Assembly: GCA_965220745.1 (NCBI GenBank)
Contig: CBDCQT010000013.1
Span: forward strand, 608,001-672,000
DNA from: Alphaproteobacteria bacterium
GTDB taxonomy: Bacteria; Pseudomonadota; Alphaproteobacteria; UBA828
Direction of reading: 5' to 3'
Length of the DNA: 64,000 nucleotides
In this document: in pieces, positions 39,852 to 50,369 of the stretch
Numbering within the stretch: the first letter of the stretch is position 1
Layout: each line of letters starts with the position of its first letter
The notes under the pieces: generated by a model
Told to the model about the DNA's origin: nothing
The model's input: the letters and a program-made list of their open reading frames with translations, nothing else
Database searches by the model: none
Made by a program: the position numbers and the translations under genes

Positions 39852-41789
39852 ATGGCCAACACCAGCGGGGAACGCCACGCGTTCCAGGCCGAGGTCAGCA
39901 AGCTGCTCGGCCTCATGGCCAACTCGCTCTATCGGGACAAGGAAATCTTCCTGCGGGAGTTGGTCTCGAACGCGTCCGACGCGTGCGACAAGCTGCGCTA
40001 CGCCGCGATCACACAACCCGACCTGCTAGGCGACGATGCCGCGCTCGCGGTGACCATCACGCCGGACAGCAAGAGCAGCGTGCTGGTCGTAACCGACAAC
40101 GGCATCGGCATGAATCGCCAGGAGCTGATCGACAACCTCGGCACCATCGCGCGGTCCGGCACCGAGGCATTCGTCAAGCAGATGGCCGACTCGCAAGATG
40201 GCGACGGGAAGGACGGACAGGACGAGCAGAGCGGGCAGGACGAACAAGACGGTTTGGCAGCCGGTCTCATCGGCCAGTTCGGCGTCGGCTTCTACTCGTC
40301 CTTCATGGTGGCGAAGCGCGTGGAGGTCGTGACCCGCAGGGCAGACGAGGCCGAGGGCTGGCGCTGGCGCTCGGACGGGACCGGATCGTTTTCCATCGCG
40401 CCGGAGGCCGACGCCGCTCGCGGCACCCGAATCGAGCTCCACCTGCGCAAGGACGCGCGAGAATTCCTGGAGCCGCTCCGCATCCGCACCATCGTCAAGG
40501 CCTACTCCGACCACGTCGGCCTGCCGATCTGGCTTGAGAACGAGAGCGGCCAGAAGGAGATGGTCAACGAGGGCTCGGCGCTCTGGAGCCGGCCCAAGAG
40601 CGACATCGACGAGGATCAGTACCGCGAGTTCTACCACCACATCGCCCACATGCCGGGCGACCCTTGGCACACCATCCACCTCCACGCCGAAGGGCGCATC
40701 GAGTACACGGCGCTGCTCTTCGTGCCGGACACCACGCCCTTCGATCTGTTCGACCCGATCCGCCGGCACCGGGTGCGGCTCTACGTCAGGCGGGTCTTCA
40801 TCACCGACGAGTGCGAGGGGCTGATCCCGCCCTACCTCCGCTTCATGCGGGGCGTGGTGGATTCCGCCGATCTCGCGCTCAACGTCAGCCGCGAGACCCT
40901 GCAGAACGACCCCATCCTGGCCAAGATCAGGACCGGTGTGGTCAAGCGCGTCTTCTCGGAGCTCGAGAAGCGTGCCAAGAAAACGCCTGAGGAATACGCG
41001 TCGTTCTGGGAGAATTTCGGCGCGGTCCTGAAGGAAGGGCTCTACGAGGACGCCGAGCAGAAGGACCGGCTGCTTCCCCTCGTCCGCTTCCGCTCCACGG
41101 GCGGCGGCGATCGCTGGCTCTCGCTCGACGACTACGTGGACGCGATGCCTGAGCAGCAGGAGGCCATCTACTACATGAGCGGAGAGGATGCCGACACGCT
41201 ACGCCGTAGCCCCCAGATTGAGGGTTTTCGGGCGCGCGGCATCGACGTGCTTCTCATGGTCGATCCGGTCGATCAATTCTGGCTGCCCGTGGTCGGCACC
41301 TACAAGGAGAAGCCGTTCCGCTCGGTTACCCAGGGCGCGGCGGACCTGGACAGGTTCGCGGTGAGCGACGAGGCCAAGCCGGATGAGGCCGACGCCACGC
41401 CGCCCGGCGAGATGGACAAGCTGATCGCCCTGGTGAAGCTGACGCTGGCCGATGCCGTGAAGGATGTGCGGACCTCCGAGCGCCTGACCGACAGCCCGGT
41501 TTGCCTCGTCGCCGACGAAGGCGACCTCGACATGCACCTGGAGCGGTTGCTGCGCCAGCACAAGCACGAGCTGCCGGAGCAAAAGCGCGTGCTGGAGATC
41601 AACCCGTCACACGATCTGACCCGCGCGCTGGCGCGGATGGTCGGTCAGAAAGGCGCGAGCGAGGCGCTCGAGGATGCCGCGCACCTGTTGATGGATCAAG
41701 CGCTGATCCTCGAGGGCGAGCCGGTGCCTGACCCCTCGGCCTTTACCAAGCGCCTTTCAGGTCTGGTGTCGCGCGCTTTGGCGGAGTAG
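39852..41789 (+). CDS. htpG: Chaperone HtpG (Hsp90)
   Basis: FQAEV, KEIFLRELVSNASDA, NLGTIARSGT, IGQFGVGFYS, LEINP.H. Confidence 0.97.
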   Translation: MANTSGERHAFQAEVSKLLGLMANSLYRDKEIFLRELVSNASDACDKLRYAAITQPDLLGDDAALAVTITPDSKSSVLVVTDNGIGMNRQELIDNLGTIARSGTEAFVKQMADSQDGDGKDGQDEQSGQDEQDGLAAGLIGQFGVGFYSSFMVAKRVEVVTRRADEAEGWRWRSDGTGSFSIAPEADAARGTRIELHLRKDAREFLEPLRIRTIVKAYSDHVGLPIWLENESGQKEMVNEGSALWSRPKSDIDEDQYREFYHHIAHMPGDPWHTIHLHAEGRIEYTALLFVPDTTPFDLFDPIRRHRVRLYVRRVFITDECEGLIPPYLRFMRGVVDSADLALNVSRETLQNDPILAKIRTGVVKRVFSELEKRAKKTPEEYASFWENFGAVLKEGLYEDAEQKDRLLPLVRFRSTGGGDRWLSLDDYVDAMPEQQEAIYYMSGEDADTLRRSPQIEGFRARGIDVLLMVDPVDQFWLPVVGTYKEKPFRSVTQGAADLDRFAVSDEAKPDEADATPPGEMDKLIALVKLTLADAVKDVRTSERLTDSPVCLVADEGDLDMHLERLLRQHKHELPEQKRVLEINPSHDLTRALARMVGQKGASEALEDAAHLLMDQALILEGEPVPDPSAFTKRLSGLVSRALAE

Positions 41790-41816
41790 CGAGCCTTACG
41801 CGACCGGGGCTGACCG

Positions 41817-42572
41817 TCAGCTCTCGTCAAGCCAGACGATGTCCGCACCCATGACGCGGCCCTTGCCGCGATTCTCCTGCACGAGGACAGCACAGCCGTC
41901 GCCCATGCCATCGGCCATGCGCGATAGCTCGTCTGGCCCGAACTTGAGGGTCATGGCGCCGCCGGTCCAGCGCCCGATAGAGCGGAAATCGCGCACCACG
42001 TGATAGTTGGTCAGCGTGCGTCCCCGGTTCTCGCCGGCATCGACCGTGGTCCTGTGCTCTCGATCGACGGACACGAGCCAGACCGTGGCCTCCCCGTAGT
42101 AGCCGTCGGAGTGGCCGATCTCGACGGATAGCTGGCCGGTGCCGCTCGACGTGAGCGCCACGGGGACCCGCCTCGCCTTCACGGCCTTCGACACGGCAAT
42201 AGCGTCGGACACGGCCCGCTTGTTGGACCCCACCGCGTGGCGGGCGCCGTCAATCACGAGCTGAGGCGTATAGACGTAGGCGATGCCGAGCGCACGGGCA
42301 TAGTCCCGCTGCCGATCCGTCGTCTCCTCGGTCGCGAAGCGATCCTCCCAGCCGATGTAGTCCCAGTAGTCGACGTGGAACGAGAGCGCGACCACATCGT
42401 CCCGCGTCGCCGCCAGCTCCCCGAGATAGGCATCAGCGGAGGGGCACGATGAGCAGCCCTGGGACGTGAACAACTCCAGAACCACCTTGGGGTCGTCCGC
42501 GCGCACCGCAGCCGGAACGGCCACGAGTACCGTGACGAGGAGAAGAGCGCCAAGCTTCATTTTCACGATCAT
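41817..42572 (-). CDS. DUF1223 secreted thioredoxin-like protein
   Basis: VVLELFTSQGCSSCP.AD, HVDYWDYIGW.D.F, YTPQ. Confidence 0.9.
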   Translation of the reverse strand: MIVKMKLGALLLVTVLVAVPAAVRADDPKVVLELFTSQGCSSCPSADAYLGELAATRDDVVALSFHVDYWDYIGWEDRFATEETTDRQRDYARALGIAYVYTPQLVIDGARHAVGSNKRAVSDAIAVSKAVKARRVPVALTSSGTGQLSVEIGHSDGYYGEATVWLVSVDREHRTTVDAGENRGRTLTNYHVVRDFRSIGRWTGGAMTLKFGPDELSRMADGMGDGCAVLVQENRGKGRVMGADIVWLDES

Positions 42573-42648
42573 GGCGCGATGGTAGCACGCGGGCGCCTGA
42601 CGAAATCGCAAGGCCAATCACGTTTGGGTGAAGGATGCGCCGCGTCTC

Positions 42649-43710
42649 TCAGCCCGCACGCCCCTCGGTCTCCGGCTCCGGCGGATAGAGCCACGCCTTG
42701 GGGCGCCCCTCGGACTCGCCGGCCGCCTCTACCTCAAGCCCCGGCGCGCGCTGCTTGGTCAGCTTCATCGTGATGTGATCGCCCGAGGTCGTGCGCCCGT
42801 AGCGCGCCGGATTGTCGGCGCTCACGCAGCTCGGCAGGCACTCGATCTCTGCGTCGTAGTTGGGCTGATGGAAGAAGATTAGCGACAGCCGGTCGAGGTG
42901 CGCCTTGTCGCGGGGCGGATTCGCGATGCGGTGCATGGTCGAGCGCCAGCGGTCGTTGGTCCACTCGGCCATCAGGTCGCCGAGATTGACCGAGAAGCTG
43001 TCCGGGAACCAGGGCACGTCCTCCCAAACCCCTGACTCGGTCTGAATCTGCAGCCCACCCACGGCGGTGTCGCAATGCACCAGAGTGAGGCTGCCGTAAT
43101 CGGTATGGGCGCCGCCGCGAAGCTGCTCCGGCAGCGGCGTATCCGGCTGCGACGGATAGTAGATGGCGCTGAAGTTGGTGATGTGCTCGTCGATCTTGGC
43201 CTGAAAGAAGCCCTCGGGCATGTCGAGCGCCACGGCGAAGATTCGCATGATGTCGGCGGAGAGACGCGTCATCTCGCGGTAATAAGCCTCCCACACCCGC
43301 GCCATGTCCGCAGGCCGGTCCGGCCAGATGTTGGGCGCGAAATAGCGCGCGCCGGCGGGGCCGTAGTGATACTCGTCGTAGGCCGCGTCCACCGGACCCA
43401 TGCTATAGGCCTCCTTGAGGTCCGGTGGGCGCTCCTCGTCGAGGCTGTAGGCCAGGCTTTCCGTCCCCGGCGGCGTGTAGCCGCGATAACGGTCGGCCGG
43501 CATCTTGTGCTTCATCTTTTCCCAGTGGGGCCGCGCGAAGAAGCCGCGCGAGACACCGTGCATCTCGTCGATGAGCGATTTCGGAACCCCGTGGCCCGCC
43601 ACTACCAGCCATCCGAACGCACGGCAGGCGTCGTCGAGCGCCCTGGCCGTGTGCGCCTTGTCCCCCTGAGAGCCGTGCAGGAAGGGTTCGATATCGATCA
43701 GCGGGATCAT
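42649..43710 (-). CDS. Isopenicillin N synthase-family 2OG-Fe(II) oxygenase
   Basis: IPLIDI, AHTDYGSLT, NLGDLM..WTNDRWRSTMHR, RLSL.FF.QPN. Confidence 0.9.
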   Translation of the reverse strand: MIPLIDIEPFLHGSQGDKAHTARALDDACRAFGWLVVAGHGVPKSLIDEMHGVSRGFFARPHWEKMKHKMPADRYRGYTPPGTESLAYSLDEERPPDLKEAYSMGPVDAAYDEYHYGPAGARYFAPNIWPDRPADMARVWEAYYREMTRLSADIMRIFAVALDMPEGFFQAKIDEHITNFSAIYYPSQPDTPLPEQLRGGAHTDYGSLTLVHCDTAVGGLQIQTESGVWEDVPWFPDSFSVNLGDLMAEWTNDRWRSTMHRIANPPRDKAHLDRLSLIFFHQPNYDAEIECLPSCVSADNPARYGRTTSGDHITMKLTKQRAPGLEVEAAGESEGRPKAWLYPPEPETEGRAG

Positions 43711-43775
43711 GGTCTGTCGCTCGTCGTCGCGGTTCGGGAGCGGTTTCTACACCGGCGTCGCGCGCTCCAGTCCAA

Positions 43776-44666
43776 TCAGTTGCGCGTGCCGAGGATCTCG
43801 CGGGCCTCCGCGGGCGTCGCGGGCTCCGCCCCCAGCATGCGGACCAGCGCCACCGCCTGCTCCACCAGCGCCGCGTTGGAGGGCGCGAGCGTGCCCCGCC
43901 CCAGATAAAGATTGTCCTCCAACCCCGTGCGGACGTGCCCGCCGCTCAGCACCGAGAGGCCGGCAATGGGAAGTTGGTCGCGGGAGATACCGAAGGCCGC
44001 CCAATGCGCGCCGTCCGGCAGCAGGCTCTTCATGTAGGAGAGCGCCTCCGGAGTCGCCGGCGCGCCCCACTCGATCCCGAGGCAGAGCTGGAAGAACCCC
44101 GGCGCCTCCACATGGCCCTTCTCGATCAGGTTGGCCGCCAGCCGCACGCCGCCCACGTCGAAGACCTCCAACTCCGGCACGACCCCCCACTCACGCATGT
44201 TGTCGGCCATGTAGCGGAGTTGCGGCGGCGAGTTGATCATCACGCTGTCGTCGCGCACGCCGCCCGAGTTCATGGTCGCCACGTCGAGGCTGCAAATCTC
44301 GGGCCTGAGCTCGCCCACGTGGGCGATCCGCCTGGCCGGCGCCGTGAAGGTCGTGCCGGGCCCGTAATCGAAGGGGTCCTCCACGCCGGGGCTGAGGCGC
44401 GCGCCGTAGCCCGTGGTGAGATTCAGCACGACATCGGTCTCGCTCTGGCGGATGCGGCCGGCGGTCTCGCGGTAATGATCGAGCTCCATGCTGGCCTTCC
44501 CGGTCTCAGGGTCGCGCACGTGGACATGCACGATGGCCGCGCCCGCCTTGGCCGCATCGAGCGCGGATTGCGCGATCTCCGTCGGAGTCACGGGCACCGC
44601 CGGGTTCTTGGCCACCGTGTCCGCCGAGCCCGTCACCGCACAGGTGATGATGACCTTGCGCGCCAT
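43776..44666 (-). CDS. Beta-keto acid cleavage enzyme (BKACE / 3-keto-5-aminohexanoate cleavage family)
   Basis: VIITCAVTG, AGAAIVHVHVRDP, PELEVFD, HVRTGLEDNLYL. Confidence 0.92.
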   Translation of the reverse strand: MARKVIITCAVTGSADTVAKNPAVPVTPTEIAQSALDAAKAGAAIVHVHVRDPETGKASMELDHYRETAGRIRQSETDVVLNLTTGYGARLSPGVEDPFDYGPGTTFTAPARRIAHVGELRPEICSLDVATMNSGGVRDDSVMINSPPQLRYMADNMREWGVVPELEVFDVGGVRLAANLIEKGHVEAPGFFQLCLGIEWGAPATPEALSYMKSLLPDGAHWAAFGISRDQLPIAGLSVLSGGHVRTGLEDNLYLGRGTLAPSNAALVEQAVALVRMLGAEPATPAEAREILGTRN

Positions 44667-44954
44667 GTCTCTCCTCTTCCGTATCGCACCGCCGGGCGGC
44701 GACCTCGTCGAGGACCTGATCCAGGATATCGAGAAGGGAGATGCCTTCCCGCTCGGCCCTATCGGGTGCCCATTGTGCCATGAGGAAGCCTCTATGACGA
44801 CAATGCCCACAGGGCGCCGCATCGGAGGCCAGAGATCACGTTTATCGTCCCATAACAATCGGTTAGACGCGAACACTTTAAATCAAAATTAGCTTGTTGA
44901 CGGATCTTGTGGATCACGCTATAGGTTGGGGTTCTGGGCATTCACTGCCCCTAC

Positions 44955-45149
44955 ATGGAGAAGATCGTCATGCAGTATGAGTATTATCAAAGCGCCAGGA
45001 ACAACGAGTGGTATTGGCGCCTGAAAGCCAGCAACGGGAAGATCATCGCCGATGGAGGCCAAGGCTATGACAATAAGTCCGACTGTCTCCACGGAATCTC
45101 GCTGGTCAAGAAGTCCGCCACCGCCAAGGTGACCGAGACCGACAGCTAG
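44955..45149 (+). CDS. YegP/DUF1508 (UPF0339) small protein
   Basis: WYWRLKASNGKIIA.G.QGY..K.DC..GI.LVK. Confidence 0.82.
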   Translation: MEKIVMQYEYYQSARNNEWYWRLKASNGKIIADGGQGYDNKSDCLHGISLVKKSATAKVTETDS

Positions 45150-45152
45150 TCC

Positions 45153-45180
45153 GGGGCAGGGGTTGAAGCCCCTGCCCCTT
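45153..45180 (+). terminator. Stem-loop after the yegP-like gene
   Basis: GGGGCAGGGG-TTGAAG-CCCCTGCCCC-TT. Confidence 0.55.
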
Positions 45181-45199
45181 CCTCCTGAAAGGAATCGAC

Positions 45200-45577
45200 A
45201 TGGCCGACGACAATCAGGACCTACAACAAGCAGTCAACATTCAATCCATAAAGGAAAAGCGCGAAGAGCGAAAGAGCATGGTCCGAGTGCTACTGACGTA
45301 TCTGGCAGCACTCTTCCTTTTCGGAATATCGCTAGTGTTGATCATCTGGTTCATGTGGATCAAAGACTACGATAAGGCGACAGCAGCATTCGGCACTGTC
45401 GTCCCCACCACCACGTTTATCATTGGTTACTGGTTCGCAAAGCGCTCCGGGGAGCGCCAGGAACCCGAGATGCCGGAAGAGATGAAGGCGCTTGTGCCGT
45501 CACCCGACGCCGCTGGACAAGGCGGCCAGGCCGGCGCCCAACAGGATGAAGAACGTCAAGATCAAAACGGCAGATAG
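45200..45577 (+). CDS. Hypothetical two-TM membrane protein
   Basis: AGGA RBS; two hydrophobic helices ending IIGYWF. Confidence 0.7.
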   Translation: MADDNQDLQQAVNIQSIKEKREERKSMVRVLLTYLAALFLFGISLVLIIWFMWIKDYDKATAAFGTVVPTTTFIIGYWFAKRSGERQEPEMPEEMKALVPSPDAAGQGGQAGAQQDEERQDQNGR

Positions 45578-45962
45578 TCTTTCGTCCATCAGATTGTCCT
45601 TCCTGAGTACCGAAAAGGCGTTGGTGTGGCCTACCCCGTTTCATGACTCCTATCTGGGTTGATAATCGCCCCCAATTCGACTCTGGAACGTTCCGGGTAC
45701 GCGTTCAGTCAGGTACATAAAGCACCCAATCTTATGGGTCCGATCTCGATCAACATGGGGCGATTCTGGCAAAGGCAACGTGCGCCGTGCACCGCACCAT
45801 AGTATTGGGGATATATGATACTGACAGACATTGAAGGAGAAATTGTAGGTTTTCAGCTACTTGGTGTATTGTCTTGCAGACTGAAGCACGCTATCGTACG
45901 CACCGTTTGGATTTCTGGTGGTGCCTAGATGGTGCCCGATACGCACCGCAAGGAAAATTCCC

Positions 45963-47117
45963 GTGCCCAAAATCACCAAGAGAACCGTCGATGCCCTCGT
46001 CCCCGAAGAGCGGGAGAGAATCCTCTGGGACGACGCCATCAAAGGCTTCGGGGTCCGTGTCCATCCGACCGGACGCAAGGTCTACATCGTCAAGTACAGA
46101 CACGAGGGGCGATCCGTCAAAGTCACCATTGGACCCCACGGCCCCATCACTCCCGCTGCCGCGCGCGCGAAGGCAGCGGAAATCGTCACCCTCGCGAAGA
46201 CCGGCCGCGATCTCGAAGGGAAGATCCCCCGTGGCAAGAGAGGCGCCACCGTGGCAGACCTCGCCAAGCGCTTCATGGACGAGTACGCGCCTGCCCATCT
46301 GAAGCCCGGCACCGCGCGGCTCTACCGCAAGATCATCGACAACCGCATCCTTCCCCGGCTCGGCAAGCGCCGGGTCGGCGATCTCGGCAAGAACGACGTC
46401 GCCGCTCTTCATCACGAGATGCGCGACGTCCCCGGCCATGCCAACCGGACGCTGAGCGTGCTCTCGCGCATGCTGACCCTCGCCGAGGTCTGGGAGATGC
46501 GGCCCGAGGGCGTCAATCCGTGCCGGCACGTCAAGAAGTATCCGGAGCACAAGCGGGAGCGGTTTCTCTCGGACGACGAGTACCGCCGTCTCGGCGCCGC
46601 GCTGCGTGACGCGGAGGAGGAGGGCTTCGTCTCCCCGGTGGCGATCGCCGCGATACGGTTGTTGATGCTGACCGGGTGCCGGAGCGGGGAGATCATGAGC
46701 CTGCGGTGGGAGCACGTCGATCTTGAGGCAGGCGAGCTCAGGTTGCCGGAGAGCAAGACCGGATCGAAGGTGGTGCACCTGGGCGATCCGGCGATAGCGG
46801 TGCTGCGGGGCATCCCGCGCGCAGACGGCAGTCCGTGGGTGTTGCCAGGCATCAGGGGTGGCAAGCACATCGCGTATCTGCACGACTCGTGGCGCCGCAT
46901 TCTCAAGCGTGCCGCGATCGAGAACCTGCGCATCCACGATCTTCGGCACAGCTTTGCCAGTGGCGGTCTGCTGGTCGGTGAAGGGCTTCCGATGATCGGC
47001 AAGCTTCTCGGCCACAACAGGGTGACGACGACCTCGCGCTATGCGCACCTGGCCAACGACCCCGTGAAGGCGGCCGCCAACCGGATCGCGAGCAGGATCG
47101 CCAAAGTGGCGGGTTGA
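45963..47117 (+). CDS. Tyrosine recombinase/integrase with N-terminal arm-binding domain
   Basis: WDD.IKGFGVRV, TGCRSGE, ESKTG, HDLRHSFAS, LLGH, RYAHL; catalytic R-K-H-R-H-Y set intact. Confidence 0.93.
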   Translation: MPKITKRTVDALVPEERERILWDDAIKGFGVRVHPTGRKVYIVKYRHEGRSVKVTIGPHGPITPAAARAKAAEIVTLAKTGRDLEGKIPRGKRGATVADLAKRFMDEYAPAHLKPGTARLYRKIIDNRILPRLGKRRVGDLGKNDVAALHHEMRDVPGHANRTLSVLSRMLTLAEVWEMRPEGVNPCRHVKKYPEHKRERFLSDDEYRRLGAALRDAEEEGFVSPVAIAAIRLLMLTGCRSGEIMSLRWEHVDLEAGELRLPESKTGSKVVHLGDPAIAVLRGIPRADGSPWVLPGIRGGKHIAYLHDSWRRILKRAAIENLRIHDLRHSFASGGLLVGEGLPMIGKLLGHNRVTTTSRYAHLANDPVKAAANRIASRIAKVAG

Positions 47118-47285
47118 GTTCACAACGGACCTTGCAGGGCCTTCGCCCACATGGGCGGCTGAGCCATCGCCATATTGCCTGACGCGGCTGGGGTCGCGAG
47201 TGCCGGGTGCGTCAGTCAAGCCGCCAATACCAGTCTCATGCGCGCCCCACCGCCCGCCGCCAAGGCATTGCGCAGCCCGCACGCC

Positions 47286-47455
47286 TCACCACCGCGCCAG
47301 GAGCTCGACCCCGGCGGTGTGCTCGGGCTGCGCGGTCTCGCTCTCGCGTCTTGTCACCTTCACGCCGAAGGAAACATCGGTCGCGTTGGCGTTCGTCGCC
47401 GGCGTCAAGCGCCAGCCGACGCTGTAATCCCGAGCGCCAGTCGAGAGGCCGACCT
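47286..47455 (-). pseudogene. C-terminal remnant of an autotransporter-like outer-membrane barrel protein
   Basis: GLSTGARDYSVGWRL...TRRE...PEH..GVEL.ARW* with terminal Trp; upstream part absent. Confidence 0.55.
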
Positions 47456-47480
47456 CGACGGCGAGCAAGTGCCCGACTAG

Positions 47481-49074
47481 CAGTCTGTCGGACTTTGGGG
47501 TGGTGTTCGGTTAGAATTCGGCCATGAGCAGATTCGTGGACTGCGGTCGGGACCAAGCTTTCTTGCTTCCGCCCGATCTTCGGGAGTGGATCCCGGAGGA
47601 CGATCTGGCGCACTTCGTGATCGAGGCGGTCGAGCGCGTCGACCTGGGCGCCTTCAAGGTGAACCGCCGCGGCAGCGGCTCGGCGCAGTATCACCCCCGG
47701 ATGATGCTGGCGCTTCTGATCTACTGCTATGCCAACGGGATCTTCTCGAGCCGTCGGATCGAGCGCGCGACCCGTCGCGACATCGGTGTGCGCTTTGTGG
47801 CCGCCAACAGCCATCCCGACCATGACACGATTGCGACCTTCCGGCGCGAGAACCTTGGGGCGGTGGCTGAAAGCTTTCTTCAGGTTCTGCTGTTGGCCAA
47901 GGAGTTGAAGCTGGTGAAGCTGGGGGTGGTCAGCGTCGGCGGCAGCAAGTTCGATGCCAATGCGAGCAAGCATCGCTCGGTCACCTATGACCGGGCGGGG
48001 GCGCTGATCGACCAGTTGCGGCTGGAGATCGCCGATTTGATGGAGCGTGCCGAGGCGGCGGACGCCGACGTCGGCGAGGAGGCGCAGGCGCTGCCCAGGG
48101 AGATTGCGCGCCGTGAGGCTTTGTGCGCGCGCCTGGACGCGGCGCGCCAGCGTCTTGAGGCTCAGGCCAAGGCGCGTGCGGAGGCGGAGCGAGCGGCCTA
48201 CGAGGCCAAGGTAGCAGCGCGCGCCGGGCGCAAGGGCCGGGCCAAGGGCAAGCGGCCGAAGCCGCCCGAGGAGACGCCGCGCGGCGACGAGCAGAGCAAC
48301 CTGAGCGACCCGGACAGCCGGCTGATGCGCAAGAGCAAGAGGCACGAGTACCGCCAAGCCTACAATGCGCAAGCCGTGGTGGATGCCGGGGGCTCTCAGC
48401 TGATCGTGGGCGCGCGGGTCAGCCCCTGCGCCAGCGACCGCAACGAGTTGGTGGCGGACATCGCGGCGATCGCGGCCGAACTGGGCCGGCCCGAGACGGT
48501 GCTGGCGGACAACGGCTATGCCACCGGTGCGGAGGTGGCGGCGCTCGAAGCGGACGGCATCGAGGCTCTGGTGGCGACGGCTGCGGAAGGCCGGCGGCGG
48601 CGCCACGACTTCCGCCCGAGCGGGGCCGGGACGGCGGTGAAGGAAGCCAAGGCCGCCAAGGCCGCGTGGCTCCGGGAGATGGCGAGCAAGCTCGACGGCG
48701 AAGAGGGCCGGGCGCTGTACAGGCTGCGTCAGCAAACCGTCGAGCCGGTGTTCGGCGTCATCAAGGCGGTCCTCGGCTTCACCCGCTTCTCGCTGCGCGG
48801 CCTCGACAAGGTGGCCGGCGAGTGGGACCTGGTGGCGCTGGCCTACAACTGCAAGCGCCTGCACAAGCTCACGTTGTCCATGGCGTCATGACGGCCTTCC
48901 TGGCCCGACTTCTCGATGCGAATGCGTCGACACAGCCCTGCAGTACCGGACATCGACGTTTCAGCGATCGCCCCAACCCCATCCCCGCCGTCTCATCCAA
49001 CCTCGATCGTGCCGCCGGCAAACCAAAGCCAAACCACTCATAATCGAAAGCCGACCCCAAAGTCCGACAGACTG
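47481..49074 (+). mobile_element. IS1182-family insertion sequence
   Basis: Perfect 20-bp IRs CAGTCTGTCGGACTTTGGGG (47481-47500) and CCCCAAAGTCCGACAGACTG (49055-49074); CTAG duplicated on both sides. Confidence 0.93.
47524..48891 (+). CDS. IS1182-family transposase (first catalytic Asp replaced by Gly)
   Basis: LLPPDLREWIPEDDLA, YHPRMML, PDHDTIATFR, VSVGGSKF (normally .DG.K), LADNGY, VEPVFG.IK. Confidence 0.9.
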   Translation: MSRFVDCGRDQAFLLPPDLREWIPEDDLAHFVIEAVERVDLGAFKVNRRGSGSAQYHPRMMLALLIYCYANGIFSSRRIERATRRDIGVRFVAANSHPDHDTIATFRRENLGAVAESFLQVLLLAKELKLVKLGVVSVGGSKFDANASKHRSVTYDRAGALIDQLRLEIADLMERAEAADADVGEEAQALPREIARREALCARLDAARQRLEAQAKARAEAERAAYEAKVAARAGRKGRAKGKRPKPPEETPRGDEQSNLSDPDSRLMRKSKRHEYRQAYNAQAVVDAGGSQLIVGARVSPCASDRNELVADIAAIAAELGRPETVLADNGYATGAEVAALEADGIEALVATAAEGRRRRHDFRPSGAGTAVKEAKAAKAAWLREMASKLDGEEGRALYRLRQQTVEPVFGVIKAVLGFTRFSLRGLDKVAGEWDLVALAYNCKRLHKLTLSMAS

Positions 49075-49343
49075 CTAGGTCCTGACACTGATCGACAGGG
49101 GTCTCGGCCCGTCCTCGACCAACTCCACGCTCTTTGCCTTCTGGTGGTTCCTGTACGTCGAATTGACCGCGAAAAACGCGCTGTTCGCTGTCCACGACGA
49201 GGGCGCTCGCTTCTGGGGCCGTGTCGGCTCGCTCATCGAGACGTGCAAGATGAACGGCGACGATGGGGTGGACGCCCCCTCCCGACGGCATCGAATCGTG
49301 CCAAGGTGGTGGTGCGTTGAACCACCTGAGGAAGGAGGCATCC

Positions 49344-50366
49344 ATGGACGAGGTTACCATCATCGGAATCGACTTGGCGAAGAACAGCTTTCAGTTGCAT
49401 GGTGCCCGGGCAGACGGGTCCGTTGCGTTCCGCAAGAAGCTGAGCCGAGGAAAGGTGCTCGACTTCCTCGCCAGGCAATCATGCTGTGTCGTAGCGATGG
49501 AGGCCTGCGCGAGCGCTCACTATTGGGGTCGTGAGGCGCAGGCGCTTGGACACGAGGTCAAGCTGGTCCCGCCGATCTACGTGAAGCCATTCGTGAAGCG
49601 CCAGAAGAACGATACGGCTGACGCGGAGGCGACCACCGAGGCAGCCCAGCGCCCGACCATGAGCTTCGTGGCCGTGAAGACGGAAGAACAGCAGGCCAGG
49701 GGGATGCTGTTCCGCACGCGTGATCTCCTGGTGCGCCAGCGCACGCAGACGATCAATGCTCTGCGAGGTCACTTGGCGGAGTTCGGCGTCATTGCTCCGC
49801 AGGGGCCAGCTCACGTCGGTCGCTTGGAAGCGGCACTCATGGATTCACACTCAGGGCTACCGGAACTGGTTCGCGAACTGGGTGTCCTTCTGCTGGAGCA
49901 GATCGCCGGCCTCGATGAGAAGATCGTCCGATTAGAGAGCGAGCTGCGGGCCAACGCGCGCCGGGACGAAGAAGCGTCGCGACTGATGACGATACCGGGT
50001 GTTGGGCCGATCACCGCGATGGCGGTTCAGGCATTCGCGCCTCCGATGGAGAGCTTCCGGTGCGGGCGCGACTTCTCAGCCTGGATCGGCCTGGTTCCGA
50101 GGCAGCACACAACCGGCGGCAAGCCGCGGCTGGGCAAGATATCCAAGATGGGTCAGCGCGATCTCAGACGGCTCTTGATCGTCGGTGCCATGGCCGAGAT
50201 CTCTTGGGCAGTGCGCCGCGGTACGACGAAGGATCCATGGTTGGCCTGCATGTTGGAACGCAAACCACGCAAGGTAGTCGCCGTTGCGCTGGCCAACCGG
50301 ATGGCCCGCATTATCTGGGCGCTGAACACGAAGAAGGAGATCTACCGGGCTCCCGCCGCCGCCTGA
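49344..50366 (+). CDS. IS110-family DEDD recombinase/transposase
   Basis: IGIDLAKNSFQ, AMEAC, KNDTADAEA, TIPGVGPITA, WIGLVPRQHTTGGK, VALANRMARI.WA. Confidence 0.95.
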   Translation: MDEVTIIGIDLAKNSFQLHGARADGSVAFRKKLSRGKVLDFLARQSCCVVAMEACASAHYWGREAQALGHEVKLVPPIYVKPFVKRQKNDTADAEATTEAAQRPTMSFVAVKTEEQQARGMLFRTRDLLVRQRTQTINALRGHLAEFGVIAPQGPAHVGRLEAALMDSHSGLPELVRELGVLLLEQIAGLDEKIVRLESELRANARRDEEASRLMTIPGVGPITAMAVQAFAPPMESFRCGRDFSAWIGLVPRQHTTGGKPRLGKISKMGQRDLRRLLIVGAMAEISWAVRRGTTKDPWLACMLERKPRKVVAVALANRMARIIWALNTKKEIYRAPAAA

Positions 50367-50369
50367 CAA

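Noticed and set aside
40195-40255. Short GQDEQ repeats in htpG
   Set aside because: A low-complexity insertion in a variable loop of the Hsp90 N-domain; ordinary slippage
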